In this document: positions 39,476 through 48,677 of the stretch, piece after piece
How positions within the stretch are numbered: position 1 is the stretch's first letter
Layout of the letters: every line of letters starts with the position of its first letter
NCBI GenBank assembly: GCA_964353785.1
Contig: CAYGWK010000003.1
Location: 17,303-81,302 of the forward strand
Length of the DNA stretch: 64,000 nucleotides
Origin: an uncultured Gammaproteobacteria bacterium
GTDB taxonomy: Bacteria; Patescibacteriota; Microgenomatia; CAYGWK01
Reading direction: 5' to 3'
Position numbers and translations under genes: made by a program
Notes under the pieces: model-generated
Told to the model about the DNA's origin: nothing
What the model saw: only the letters and a program-made list of their open reading frames with translations
Databases searched by the model: none

Positions 39476-40888
39476 TTAAAGTGACTTTTTAACCTTCGGT
39501 CCCTCCGGTGTATCCTCAATAATAAAACCAGATTTCTCAATTTCTTTTCTTGTCTCATCCGCCTCTTCCCATTTTCCCTGTTTTCTTAATTCTTCCCTCT
39601 TTTCAACCAGTTTTTTTATTTCCTTTGGTACTTTTGATATCTTTGTTACTTTTGATACTTCCTCAAGTTTAAGTCCTAAAACTTGATCAAAATCCAAAAG
39701 CAAATCAAGTTTATCAGGGTCGGGAATATTTGATTTGGCCATTTCCCAAACTATTGCCAAGGCTTCAGGGATATTTAAATCATCATTTATTTTTTTCTGA
39801 AATTTTTTTCTAAAATTATCAATTTTCCCAACATCAACCTCCGAAACAACTTGTCTCCCTCCTCTCCTCCAGCTTCTTGTCATTTCTACTAATTTTTGAT
39901 AAGCAACTTGGGCTCCCTCCAACCCTTTCCAAGTAAAATTCATTTTTGAGCGATAATGGCAAGTTAGGAAAAGATAACGAAGCGCCAAAGGCTCAAATCC
40001 TTTCTCTTCAATATCGTGGATGTTGCAGAAATTTTTTAAAGACTTACTCATTTTTTCTCCTTCAACAAGCAAGAACTCGTTATGAACCCAGTAGTTGACT
40101 ACCTGATGGCCGGTGGCAGCCTCATTTTGGGCGATTTCATTAGTATGATGAATAGGAACGTGGTCTACTCCGCCGGTATGAATGTCAAAATTCTCACCCA
40201 AATATTTCATTCCCATGGCCGAGCACTCAATATGCCAACCAGGAAACCCGATTCCCCACGGCGACTCCCATTCCATCTGTCTTTTTGGTCCTGTTTTTGG
40301 CGAAAACTTCCAAAGAGCAAAATCAGTTGGGTTTTTCTTTCCCGAAACCATCTCAACCCGCGCCCCGGCCAAAATCTTGTCTCTCGGCATATTAGTCAGT
40401 TTCCCATAATCAGAAAGTTTTGAAGTATCAAAATAAATTCCGTCCGAAATTTTATAAGTAAAACCTTTTTCCTCAAGTTGCTTGACCAAATCAATCATTT
40501 CTTTAATATGTTCGGTGGCTCGACAGACAATCGTTGGTTTTAGGATATTCAGTTTTTCCAGCGCCTCGAAGAACTCATTCTCATAAAATTTAGCAATTTG
40601 CCAGGCGTCTTTCTTTTCTCTTTTTGAGGCTTGCTCCATTTTGTCCTCACCAGTATCCGCTTGCGAAGTTAAATGGCCAACATCAGTAATATTCATTACG
40701 TGTTTAACCTTAAAGCCCGCAAACTCAAGGGCTCTTCTTAGGGTGTCCACAAAAACATAGGCTCTTAAATTGCCAATATGAGGATAATCTGAAACCGTCG
40801 GACCACAAGAATACATCCCCACGTCGGGTGGGTCTATGGGTTTGAAAACCTCTATATTGCGGGTTAGTGTGTTAAATAATTTAACCAT
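39476..40888 (-). CDS. cysS: Cysteine--tRNA ligase
   Basis: 470 aa; HIGN (HIGH-class) motif CGPTVSDYPHIGNLR and KMSKS. Confidence 0.9.
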   Translation of the reverse strand: MVKLFNTLTRNIEVFKPIDPPDVGMYSCGPTVSDYPHIGNLRAYVFVDTLRRALEFAGFKVKHVMNITDVGHLTSQADTGEDKMEQASKREKKDAWQIAKFYENEFFEALEKLNILKPTIVCRATEHIKEMIDLVKQLEEKGFTYKISDGIYFDTSKLSDYGKLTNMPRDKILAGARVEMVSGKKNPTDFALWKFSPKTGPKRQMEWESPWGIGFPGWHIECSAMGMKYLGENFDIHTGGVDHVPIHHTNEIAQNEAATGHQVVNYWVHNEFLLVEGEKMSKSLKNFCNIHDIEEKGFEPLALRYLFLTCHYRSKMNFTWKGLEGAQVAYQKLVEMTRSWRRGGRQVVSEVDVGKIDNFRKKFQKKINDDLNIPEALAIVWEMAKSNIPDPDKLDLLLDFDQVLGLKLEEVSKVTKISKVPKEIKKLVEKREELRKQGKWEEADETRKEIEKSGFIIEDTPEGPKVKKSL

Positions 40889-40900
40889 GTTGCAAGATTT

Positions 40901-41326
40901 TCATCCGCTTACTCCCATAATTTTTCTCTCGCCAGTGCCGCCCTTTTTCTTAGCCAACTCGACCATCGGCGGTAATTTTTTCTTCTCTTCCTTTTCAATT
41001 TGGATTTGTTTAATTGCTTTTTCTTCTGAGAAACCAGGTTTTCCGCTTATCTGTCTTGGTAATTCTTGGGTCTGTTTTTGCTGCAATGCCTTAAGTTCTG
41101 TCTGAAGGGAGGAAAGTCTTTGTTTTTCTTTCTCTCTCTTTTGCGCCATTTGCGCCGGAGTTAATCCCTTGCCTTGCGGTTGTTCAATACCAGGCTCTGG
41201 TTTTATCCCTGCTTGTCTGGCGGCAGTCTCGGCCACTTTTCCAGGCTCCCCAACAATCTGCTTCCCTGTCTGTTTAACTGTCTGTCCTAATTGTTCAAAA
41301 GTTTCGCCGATTATTTGTTTTGGCAT
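40901..41326 (-). CDS. Hypothetical Lys/Gln-rich coiled-coil protein
   Basis: 141 aa, low complexity. Confidence 0.4.
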   Translation of the reverse strand: MPKQIIGETFEQLGQTVKQTGKQIVGEPGKVAETAARQAGIKPEPGIEQPQGKGLTPAQMAQKREKEKQRLSSLQTELKALQQKQTQELPRQISGKPGFSEEKAIKQIQIEKEEKKKLPPMVELAKKKGGTGERKIMGVSG

Positions 41327-41328
41327 GT

Positions 41329-41967
41329 TTAGTATTCCCTTCTTCCCTCAATCGCCCGCGAGAGGGTGACTTCATCAGCATACTCTAAATCCGCTCCGGT
41401 CGGAAGTCCTTGCCCCAGTCTGGTTATCTTAATTGCTGAATTGCTTAATTTCTCAATTTCTTTTTTTATATAAAGGGCGGTTGCTTCACCCTCCATATTC
41501 GGATTAGTGGCGAGGATGATTTCACTGATTGGCAACCGATTAGCACTGATTCTGCCTAATAATTGTTTTATGTATAACTCATCTGGTCCGATGTTTTCCA
41601 AAGGCGAAATGGCTCCGTGTAAAACATGATAAACTCCTTTATAATTTCCTGCTCGCTCCAAAGCCAAAACATCTAAAGGTTGTTCAACCACACAAATAGT
41701 CCCTTTATCCCGAGTTTGGTCAGCACAAATTGGACAAGGGTCGCTTTCAGCCACATTAAAACAAATTGAACATAAAACCGTGTCTTTTTTTAATTTTTGG
41801 AGAGCCCCGGCAAACTCCTCAAGTTCTTCTTGGGGAACATGAAGCAAATAAAAAGTCAGTCTGGCCGCTGTTTTTGGCCCAATCCCCGGCAATCTCTCAA
41901 ACGCCTCAATCAATCTTCTAATCGGCTTAGCAAGTTGCATTAAGAAAATTATATCACAGATTGACAT
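41329..41967 (-). CDS. recR: Recombination protein RecR
   Basis: 212 aa; C4 zinc finger CSICFNVAESDPCPIC plus Toprim domain. Confidence 0.9.
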   Translation of the reverse strand: MSICDIIFLMQLAKPIRRLIEAFERLPGIGPKTAARLTFYLLHVPQEELEEFAGALQKLKKDTVLCSICFNVAESDPCPICADQTRDKGTICVVEQPLDVLALERAGNYKGVYHVLHGAISPLENIGPDELYIKQLLGRISANRLPISEIILATNPNMEGEATALYIKKEIEKLSNSAIKITRLGQGLPTGADLEYADEVTLSRAIEGRREY

Positions 41968-42102
41968 TAAGCCTGGGTTAAACTATAATCCCGCCAAAGC
42001 ACCTTGATTTAATAATAGACCGGATTCTAGTCCCGAGAATAGCCTTGGGATTTAGAAAATATATCTCCTGGTCCGCCGACCCCAGGAGGAAGGAGAAGAA
42101 AA

Positions 42103-42420
42103 GTGATAACAATTATCATTTTCTACCCAGAGGACCCCACTCACATAACGCGAGAGGAAATGCAGGAGATTTGCGAACACATGACTACATTTCCGTCCTT
42201 GCGTTGTCTCCCATCTAACGTTATGGTTGGAGGAAGTCCTCTCGTAGTGTTCTCTATGATAAACCAAAGAAGTCTCCCAGTCTTGGTATGGAATGACATA
42301 CCCAGAGCACAGGTAGAAGTGAAAGAGATCAGGGCAAGGGTAAAGCAGGCACTAACGACCGTGCTAAGAGAGCTTGGGAAATACGGCTGGGAAGACGCGA
42401 TTACAGTCAGAGTACTCTGA
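42103..42420 (+). CDS. Hypothetical 105-aa protein, GC-richer insert between ybaB and recR (opposite strand)
   Basis: GTG start 6 nt after AGGAG. Interrupts the otherwise contiguous dnaX-ybaB-recR order. No motif recognised. Confidence 0.45.
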   Translation: MITIIIFYPEDPTHITREEMQEICEHMTTFPSLRCLPSNVMVGGSPLVVFSMINQRSLPVLVWNDIPRAQVEVKEIRARVKQALTTVLRELGKYGWEDAITVRVL

Positions 42421-42554
42421 GTGCTCTGAAAACCCATACTTGCGCGAAAGATGGTCGGCAAAGTGGCGGCGGCGAAATCTGGTAAAAATCTGGTTAATCC
42501 AGAAAAACCAGAAACTAGCCGCCGTCTCACTTTCTAAACCGGAGTTCGTAATTA

Positions 42555-42836
42555 TTATTTGCCCAAAAGTCCGCCTAAGCCGCCGGACATCTCTTGGAGT
42601 TTTTGGGCAGCCACTTCTTGAGAGCGTTTAATTGCCTTATTTAAAACATCAATTAGTCGATTTTGTCCTTGACCATCAATTGTTATCTCCTCAACCCTCT
42701 GGTCACCAGTCATAACCACTTTTATTCCCTGCTCTTCAACCTCAATTCGCTCCTCCGCCAGGGCTTTTTGAATTTGCATCGCCTGGTCCCGCATTTTCTT
42801 AAGTTCACCGAGTTGTTTTAGTTTATCGAAAACCAT
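42555..42836 (-). CDS. ybaB: Nucleoid-associated protein YbaB/EbfC
   Basis: 93 aa; typical YbaB sequence, directly after dnaX. Confidence 0.9.
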   Translation of the reverse strand: MVFDKLKQLGELKKMRDQAMQIQKALAEERIEVEEQGIKVVMTGDQRVEEITIDGQGQNRLIDVLNKAIKRSQEVAAQKLQEMSGGLGGLLGK

Positions 42837-42837
42837 A

Positions 42838-44451
42838 CTACTCCACTATACCAGAAAAAATTTCTTTGGCAACTTCAACAATATCTTCATCGGTCGTCTC
42901 TCCATTTCCTGGAACCACGGGTTCCACTGGTTTTTCCGTGTATTCCTCTTTCTTTTCCGTGATTTCCGTGGTTTTGGGTCTTTCTCCCAAAATACATTTT
43001 AAGTTGATTGGCATTCCTAAAAACTCCGAAGCCACCTCTTCAACAATTTTTCGACATTTTTCAGTTTCAAGTTGGTCTTTATGAAACTTGTAAAAAACTT
43101 CCAAAGTTAAAACTCCACCGGCAAGGTTAATTGGCCGAGTTGCTCGAAGTAAAGCTTCAACCGAATGATTTCTGGGTCGAACTGCCAAAAGAACTTCTTT
43201 CCAATGACCCTGAATCTCTTCTAAAGAAACACTTCCTCTACTTTTAAAACGCGGGGAGGACTGGCTTTCTGCGAAAACTTCAGTTGTTTGAGGCAAGCCC
43301 GAGTGAGATAAAGTCGAGTCCGAAGGACGAGCGGAGTCTCCGAGGGCTGGTGTCGCCTTCGGCGACAGCCGAGTTTGAAGTTGAGCAGAAGACTGTCCGA
43401 CCTTAGCATCCATCCTTCCGCACCACTCTACTACCGCCAACTCAAGCGGAAGTTGAGGAATAACGGCGTCTTTTAATTCCAAAGCAGCTTTGGAAAAAAT
43501 CTCAATCAAAGCTTTTATTTCGCCAGTTTCCAATTTCCAGTTTCCAATTTCCAGTTCATCCTGAACCACCCCAAACTTTTCAAGCAAAGCAGTTCGGAGA
43601 ATTTCAAGCAGACCTTCAGTATAAACCCTTAAGTTTCCTCCTGTTTCAACCACCCGACCAATTTCCGAAATTCCTCCTTTAATATCTTTGGCCGCCAAAA
43701 ACTCAAGCAATTTCTCCGGCGCTAGGCCAACCGTTTGTCCTAAAAGTTCTTTTATTTGCTCAACCGTTATCTTCGTTCCAGAAAACGAGGCCTGTTCCAA
43801 AATTTTTTGGGCATCGCGAAAACTACCAGAAACGCTTCTTGAGATTTCTCGCAGAGCCCCCGCTTCCACTTCAAGTTTTTCCACCTCGCAAATTTTCTCA
43901 AGTTTTGCCACAATCTCGGCAATGGTCGCTCTTTTAAAATTGAATCTTAGGCAACGAGAAATTATTGTTTCGGGAAGTTTTTCTGGAGCGGTGGTGCAGA
44001 GAATAAAGATAGCATGGGCAGGCGGCTCTTCCAAGGTTTTTAAAAGGGCATTGAAGGCTTCCAAAGTTAACATATGAGCCTCATCAATAATATAAACTTT
44101 GTATTTTGCTGACGCAGGAGCCAATTTTATTTTTTCTCTTAAGGATCTGATGTCATCAATTCCCCGATTTGAGGCGGCATCGATTTCTAGAACATCCAGG
44201 TTTGTTCCAGCGGTAATTGAAAGACATTGGTCGCAACTGTTACATGGTTCAAAATCTTTTTTCTTAAGACAATTGACCGCTTTGGCAATAATCCTCGCCG
44301 CTGAAGTTTTCCCAGTTCCTCTTGGTCCACAAAATAAAAAAGCATGAGGGATTTTTCCGGATTTTAAAACTTTTTCCAAACCTTCACGGACAGAAGTTAG
44401 GTCTAGTTCGGAAATTTTCTGCGGTCGATATTTGGTTGTATAGTCACTCAT
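42838..44451 (-). CDS. dnaX: DNA polymerase III subunit gamma/tau
   Basis: 537 aa; AAA+ GPRGTGKTS, zinc module C..C..C..C. Contains a 7-bp-period x5 repeat. Confidence 0.9.
   Translation of the reverse strand: MSDYTTKYRPQKISELDLTSVREGLEKVLKSGKIPHAFLFCGPRGTGKTSAARIIAKAVNCLKKKDFEPCNSCDQCLSITAGTNLDVLEIDAASNRGIDDIRSLREKIKLAPASAKYKVYIIDEAHMLTLEAFNALLKTLEEPPAHAIFILCTTAPEKLPETIISRCLRFNFKRATIAEIVAKLEKICEVEKLEVEAGALREISRSVSGSFRDAQKILEQASFSGTKITVEQIKELLGQTVGLAPEKLLEFLAAKDIKGGISEIGRVVETGGNLRVYTEGLLEILRTALLEKFGVVQDELEIGNWKLETGEIKALIEIFSKAALELKDAVIPQLPLELAVVEWCGRMDAKVGQSSAQLQTRLSPKATPALGDSARPSDSTLSHSGLPQTTEVFAESQSSPRFKSRGSVSLEEIQGHWKEVLLAVRPRNHSVEALLRATRPINLAGGVLTLEVFYKFHKDQLETEKCRKIVEEVASEFLGMPINLKCILGERPKTTEITEKKEEYTEKPVEPVVPGNGETTDEDIVEVAKEIFSGIVE
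43523..43557. repeat. 7-bp-period repeat (CCA(G/A)TTT x5) inside dnaX
   Basis: Units CCAGTTT CCAATTT CCAGTTT CCAATTT CCAGTTC; encodes ELEIGNWKLETGE. Confidence 0.8.
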
Positions 44452-44812
44452 GATTTTCTCCCAGTAAATGTCTTAACCCGTGCTCTACCAATTCATCAAT
44501 TTTCTCATCCACCATTTTTCCTTCCTCTCCGGCCTGCCCTCTTGCCTTTGGATAGCAGATAACAATGTCCCCAAGCCTTAAAATTCCATCTTCATCCCTT
44601 GGCGCTTCAAGAGGAAAAGCTAAAACATCCGTCTCTTCATCAATTTTTCTAAAAACACGATTTAACTCTCTTATTTTTCTTGTCCCAACAATTAAAATAC
44701 TTACCTCAGCCTCGTCAAGTCCTGCCTGCCCCAACAAATTTTGCACCAGTTTGCGGATTTTTTCTCTATTTATCTTATATCTTGATTCTGAAGATATTAA
44801 AACTGATATCAT
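44444..44812 (-). CDS. ybeY: rRNA maturation endoribonuclease YbeY
   Basis: 122 aa; HxxxHxxxxxH zinc motif. Confidence 0.85.
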   Translation of the reverse strand: MISVLISSESRYKINREKIRKLVQNLLGQAGLDEAEVSILIVGTRKIRELNRVFRKIDEETDVLAFPLEAPRDEDGILRLGDIVICYPKARGQAGEEGKMVDEKIDELVEHGLRHLLGENHE

Positions 44813-44855
44813 ATGAGGCTGTCAACTAGCAAATAACCAATATAAACTATATCAA

Positions 44856-45320
44856 TTAAGCGGACTGTCCCAGCTTTTCCTTAACAATTTTAGCCACTTT
44901 TTGGCCTTCTGCCTGTCCTTTAACTTTTGCCATTACTTCTCCCATGACTTTGCCAAAATCTCTTGGTCCAGTTGCTCCTGTCTCCAAAATTTCTTCTTCA
45001 ACCACTTTAGTCAACTCACCTTGGGAAATTTGTTGAGGTAAATAATTGTTCAAAATCTCAAGTTCTCCCTGCTCTTTCTTGACTAAATCATCTCGCTTAC
45101 CAGTTTTAAATGCTTCAATTGATTCCTTTCTAAGTTTTACTTGTTGCCTAATTACTTCTACCACCTCTTCGTCAGGTAAATTTTTACCCTGAGCGCAGCG
45201 AAGGGCGATCTCTTTATTATGAATAGCCGACAGCAAAAATCGCAAGGTCGAAACCCTCGCCTCATCTTTGGCTTTCAAAGCCTGTTTTAAATCATTTTTG
45301 ATTTTTTCTAAAAGCATCAC
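44856..45320 (-). CDS. GatB/YqeY domain protein
   Basis: 154 aa; YqeY-like N-terminus ...DLKQALKAKDEARVSTLRFLLSAI. Confidence 0.75.
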   Translation of the reverse strand: MMLLEKIKNDLKQALKAKDEARVSTLRFLLSAIHNKEIALRCAQGKNLPDEEVVEVIRQQVKLRKESIEAFKTGKRDDLVKKEQGELEILNNYLPQQISQGELTKVVEEEILETGATGPRDFGKVMGEVMAKVKGQAEGQKVAKIVKEKLGQSA

Positions 45321-45505
45321 CAGTACCTTCTTGGCTTTCTTTTCTTTAGGGCTTTTTCCCGTTCATACCGCTTTCGTGAGGGTTTTAAATAAAATTCCCT
45401 CTCTTTCATTTCCTCCAAAACTTCTTCATTTAAGATTTTTTTTCTAAATTGAGCAATTAAAGAATCTTCAGATTGTCCTGGTCTTTTTTTGACAATGGTT
45501 GCCAT
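45317..45505 (-). CDS. rpsU: 30S ribosomal protein S21
   Basis: Start at MATIVKKRPGQSED..., just after the HIT gene stop. Basic C-terminus KRKPRRYW. Confidence 0.8.
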   Translation of the reverse strand: MATIVKKRPGQSEDSLIAQFRKKILNEEVLEEMKEREFYLKPSRKRYEREKALKKRKPRRYW

Positions 45506-45509
45506 AAAC

Positions 45510-45848
45510 TCACCGAACACCCCCTTCCCATCCTCCAATCAAATGAACATGCAAATGGAAAACTAGCTGTCCTCCAGCCTTACCAACATTTATCCCAATC
45601 CGGTAACCTTTATCGGCAATTTTTTCTTGCTCAGCCAGTTTTTTCGCCAAGAGAAGCACCTCTCCCAAAAGTTCTCTGTCTTTTTCGTTTGCCTCCGCCA
45701 GACTGGGAATGTGTTTTTTTGGGACAATTAAAATATGAACTGGGGCGATTGGTTTGATGTCTTTGAAGGCAACTAAATTTTCGTCTTGATAAACAAATTT
45801 TGTCGGAATTTCACCGCTTGAGATTTTGCAGAAAATACATTCATCCAT
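45510..45848 (-). CDS. HIT-family (Hint-like) hydrolase
   Basis: 112 aa; CIFCKI N-terminus; histidine triad HLHVHLI. Confidence 0.85.
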   Translation of the reverse strand: MDECIFCKISSGEIPTKFVYQDENLVAFKDIKPIAPVHILIVPKKHIPSLAEANEKDRELLGEVLLLAKKLAEQEKIADKGYRIGINVGKAGGQLVFHLHVHLIGGWEGGVR

Positions 45849-45903
45849 TAAAAATCACAAATTGATTATAATTCTTCTCTGAAAAATTGACAAGAGCCAA
45901 AAA

Positions 45904-46740
45904 TTAGGCTTTCTCAAGGATTTTGATGATTTCCGAAAGAGAGAGTTTGGTGGGAACCCGGTTGGGATCGCCTCGGCTACCATTTAAAAGAAGATGTTTG
46001 GTTGGGTGAAGATACCAGGTTGCTTTCGGGTCTTTGTTTTTAAACTCTTCATAAGCGCGAGTTAAATCAACTTTTTTATCCCAACGGCTGTAAATTCGTA
46101 AATGTTTCGTTTTTGGATTTTTTCTGGCCACCAAAACAAAACCTTGTTTTTGACCAACCATTAAAACCTGTTCAGCAAAACTTTCAACTGCCACTGCTTT
46201 CCCCCACCTCGTCCTAAAAACTTTGCCTTCTTCTTCCAAAATTTTCTCAGCTATTACTTTATCTTTTAAAACTTTAAAGACTCCATCAAGACAAGAAAGT
46301 CCCAAAGAAATTATCGCCTCGTCTCCTCCTTCTTTCTCAAATCCAGAAAGTAAATTATGAAGACAAAATTCGTATCTGTCCGAAGAAGCATTCTCCCAAG
46401 TTATCATTCTTCCATTATCAATCTCCGTAATCACCGCTACTAATCTTTCCAAGGTTTTTTTATCAACTTCTCTTAAATCTCTTTCTTTTTTAATTTTTTT
46501 CAAAACCAAACCAGCAGCCGAGCTATATTCTCCTTTTTGGTGGTGGTCTAATTTCCCGTGTCCGGTATCAACATGCAAAATCTCTGGGTCCGAGTCTGGT
46601 GGCGCCCCTCTAAAAGTCTCTCCAGCGGAAACGAATTTTACCTCGGCTTTTGTCCAACCAGGCAAAAATCTCTTTATCAGCCAAACAGCGGTGACCGCAT
46701 CTAAATCTGGATAAAAATGGGTAACAATAATTTTTGCCAT
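45904..46740 (-). CDS. DHH-family phosphoesterase-like protein
   Basis: 278 aa; DHH-type motifs (…YPDLDAV…, …HVDTGHG…, …KLDHHQ…). Confidence 0.5.
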   Translation of the reverse strand: MAKIIVTHFYPDLDAVTAVWLIKRFLPGWTKAEVKFVSAGETFRGAPPDSDPEILHVDTGHGKLDHHQKGEYSSAAGLVLKKIKKERDLREVDKKTLERLVAVITEIDNGRMITWENASSDRYEFCLHNLLSGFEKEGGDEAIISLGLSCLDGVFKVLKDKVIAEKILEEEGKVFRTRWGKAVAVESFAEQVLMVGQKQGFVLVARKNPKTKHLRIYSRWDKKVDLTRAYEEFKNKDPKATWYLHPTKHLLLNGSRGDPNRVPTKLSLSEIIKILEKA

Positions 46741-46742
46741 AT

Positions 46743-47753
46743 TTAAAAAAGACTGACTAAAACTTTGGCGATTTTTGAAGGATCGTGGCGGATAAGTTTA
46801 CCTGAAGTGGCAAAAGAGCCAGTGATAATTTTAACGTCAGAAATTTTTTCTTTATCAAATTTGACTGGTCCAGATTTATATTTTTTATACCAGCGGGCAA
46901 CTGAAACTGGCAGTTTAAGTTTTTTATTGACTATCGCCACCGAAAGTTTTCTCCCTGCTCTACCTAAATATTTTTTAATTTCTCTTAAAAAATCAGAAAC
47001 AGTAAAATTATTTGTTTCGCCGTGTTTGGTCATTAAGTTACAGACATAAACTAATTTTGCTCCAGAACCAGCAATGGCCTGGTTTACTCCAGAAACTAAA
47101 AGATTGGGAATAATTGAAGTATATAAATCTCCTGGTCCTAAGACTATCAAATCAGCCTCAAGAATTGCTTTTTTTGCTCCGGGAAAAATTTTTCCTTTTG
47201 GAGAAAGATAAACTTTTTCAATTGGAATTTCTGGTTTAATTTTTCTGACATCAATATTTGTTTCTCCTTTAATAATAGTTCCATCCGTAAGTTCTGCAAC
47301 TAATTCCGTGTTATCGGTGGTTACCGGTAAAACTTGACCAGAGACTTCTAAAATTTTTGAGGCTTCGGAAATGGCTAAGTCAGGCCGACCGGTAATTTGC
47401 GTCAAAGCAGCTAGCAAAAGATTTCCTAGAGAATGACCAGCTAACTCACCATTGTTGAAACGAAAATCAAAAAGTGTTTTTAAGGTTTTTTTCTTAATAT
47501 GAAGACTAGACAAAGCCAAAAGGGTTCTTCTGATATCTCCTGGAGGCAAAATCCCTAAATCTTGCCGAAGCCTGCCCGAAGAACCGCCGGAGTCAGACAT
47601 GGTCACAATGGCAGTTAAATCAACTGGATATTTTTTTAAGCCCAAAAGAATCTGGTAAGTTCCCGTCCCTCCACCAATACAAACAATTTTGGGTCGCTTC
47701 TTCACTAAGGGTATATTATACCAGACACGAAAAAGGGGCTTCCCATTTTGCAA
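46743..47753 (-). CDS. yvcK: YvcK/CofD-like (UPF0052) gluconeogenesis-factor family protein
   Basis: 336 aa; KIVCIGGGTGTYQIL...MSDSGGSSGRLR. Confidence 0.8.
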   Translation of the reverse strand: MQNGKPLFRVWYNIPLVKKRPKIVCIGGGTGTYQILLGLKKYPVDLTAIVTMSDSGGSSGRLRQDLGILPPGDIRRTLLALSSLHIKKKTLKTLFDFRFNNGELAGHSLGNLLLAALTQITGRPDLAISEASKILEVSGQVLPVTTDNTELVAELTDGTIIKGETNIDVRKIKPEIPIEKVYLSPKGKIFPGAKKAILEADLIVLGPGDLYTSIIPNLLVSGVNQAIAGSGAKLVYVCNLMTKHGETNNFTVSDFLREIKKYLGRAGRKLSVAIVNKKLKLPVSVARWYKKYKSGPVKFDKEKISDVKIITGSFATSGKLIRHDPSKIAKVLVSLF

Positions 47754-47789
47754 TGAAAAGCCCCTCTGGGCGGGTCAAGGCAAGAGAAC

Positions 47790-48056
47790 TTAGATTGGCG
47801 AATGATAAATGGTGTAGGTCATCTCCCTATTTTTCCTCTCAGCCACTAGGGTCGGTATTGTCGGTCTCACTCCGTCTTCTGTCAAGAACAAAACCAACCC
47901 CCGAGGAAGAGCGTAGTAACGTATTCTTTTGGCTGTGGTGTCGCCTTGAGGACGCAAGAGAAGATGGACCATACCGTCTCCTACAAACCACCCGCGCGAC
48001 ACGATATCGTACTTTCCTTCTTCTACCCGATTAAGCGGACTACCTCTCATTTCCAT
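47790..48056 (-). CDS. Hypothetical 88-aa protein, GC-richer
   Basis: Good RBS (AAGGAG, 7-nt spacer). About 48% GC versus ~38% in flanks. Confidence 0.4.
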   Translation of the reverse strand: MEMRGSPLNRVEEGKYDIVSRGWFVGDGMVHLLLRPQGDTTAKRIRYYALPRGLVLFLTEDGVRPTIPTLVAERKNREMTYTIYHSPI

Positions 48057-48095
48057 CTCTTTCTCCTTCTCGGCTTTTGCCGAAATTTTTCTGTG

Positions 48096-48506
48096 TTAGG
48101 TTTTGATTGCCAGATCTTCCTCGACCACCTCTCTCTGCCAGAACAAGTCAAACAGATCTGTTAGGGGCCAACCCGCGACAACCAGTGCACCGAGAACATT
48201 CACCACTAAAGGTTCTCCTCGAGAAAGCTCTGTCTCTTTAATGAATAAAAGTGATGCCACCACCATAGCCAAAGCAAGACAAACAGCTAAGGTGTTCAGA
48301 GTGGGAACCTTGCGGTCAAGAATCATGGTCACCTTGACCAAGAAAGAGAGAAGGAACCAGCCCAGGGTCAGAACGAAAAGAAACAGAAAAATACGGGGTG
48401 GGATTGATTGGTAATAAATCTCCTCTTCTGTCAAGGGATGCTGGAAGGCGCCATAACAAAACAGGCCTCCTATCACTAAAGCAATAATTCCCACCAACCT
48501 TCTCAT
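48096..48506 (-). CDS. Hypothetical membrane protein (136 aa)
   Basis: Four hydrophobic helices. Confidence 0.45.
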   Translation of the reverse strand: MRRLVGIIALVIGGLFCYGAFQHPLTEEEIYYQSIPPRIFLFLFVLTLGWFLLSFLVKVTMILDRKVPTLNTLAVCLALAMVVASLLFIKETELSRGEPLVVNVLGALVVAGWPLTDLFDLFWQREVVEEDLAIKT

Positions 48507-48677
48507 TTTTTTCCTCCTCTATTTAGAATTTGTTTTTTTGTCTTGAATATTTAAAAGAGCGATAGGTTTTGGCAAAGAGAAAACCGCATTATAGTCTTCC
48601 TTCGCTCGAAAACCTTTAAAAAAGAAACTGGCAGCATTCTATCAGAAACTATGGGGCTTTGTCAATTAAATGAAGAT

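Noticed and set aside
42141-42530. ORF 42141..42530 (-)
   Set aside because: It is antisense to the better-supported + strand ORF 42103..42420, which has an RBS, a GTG start and protein-like composition.
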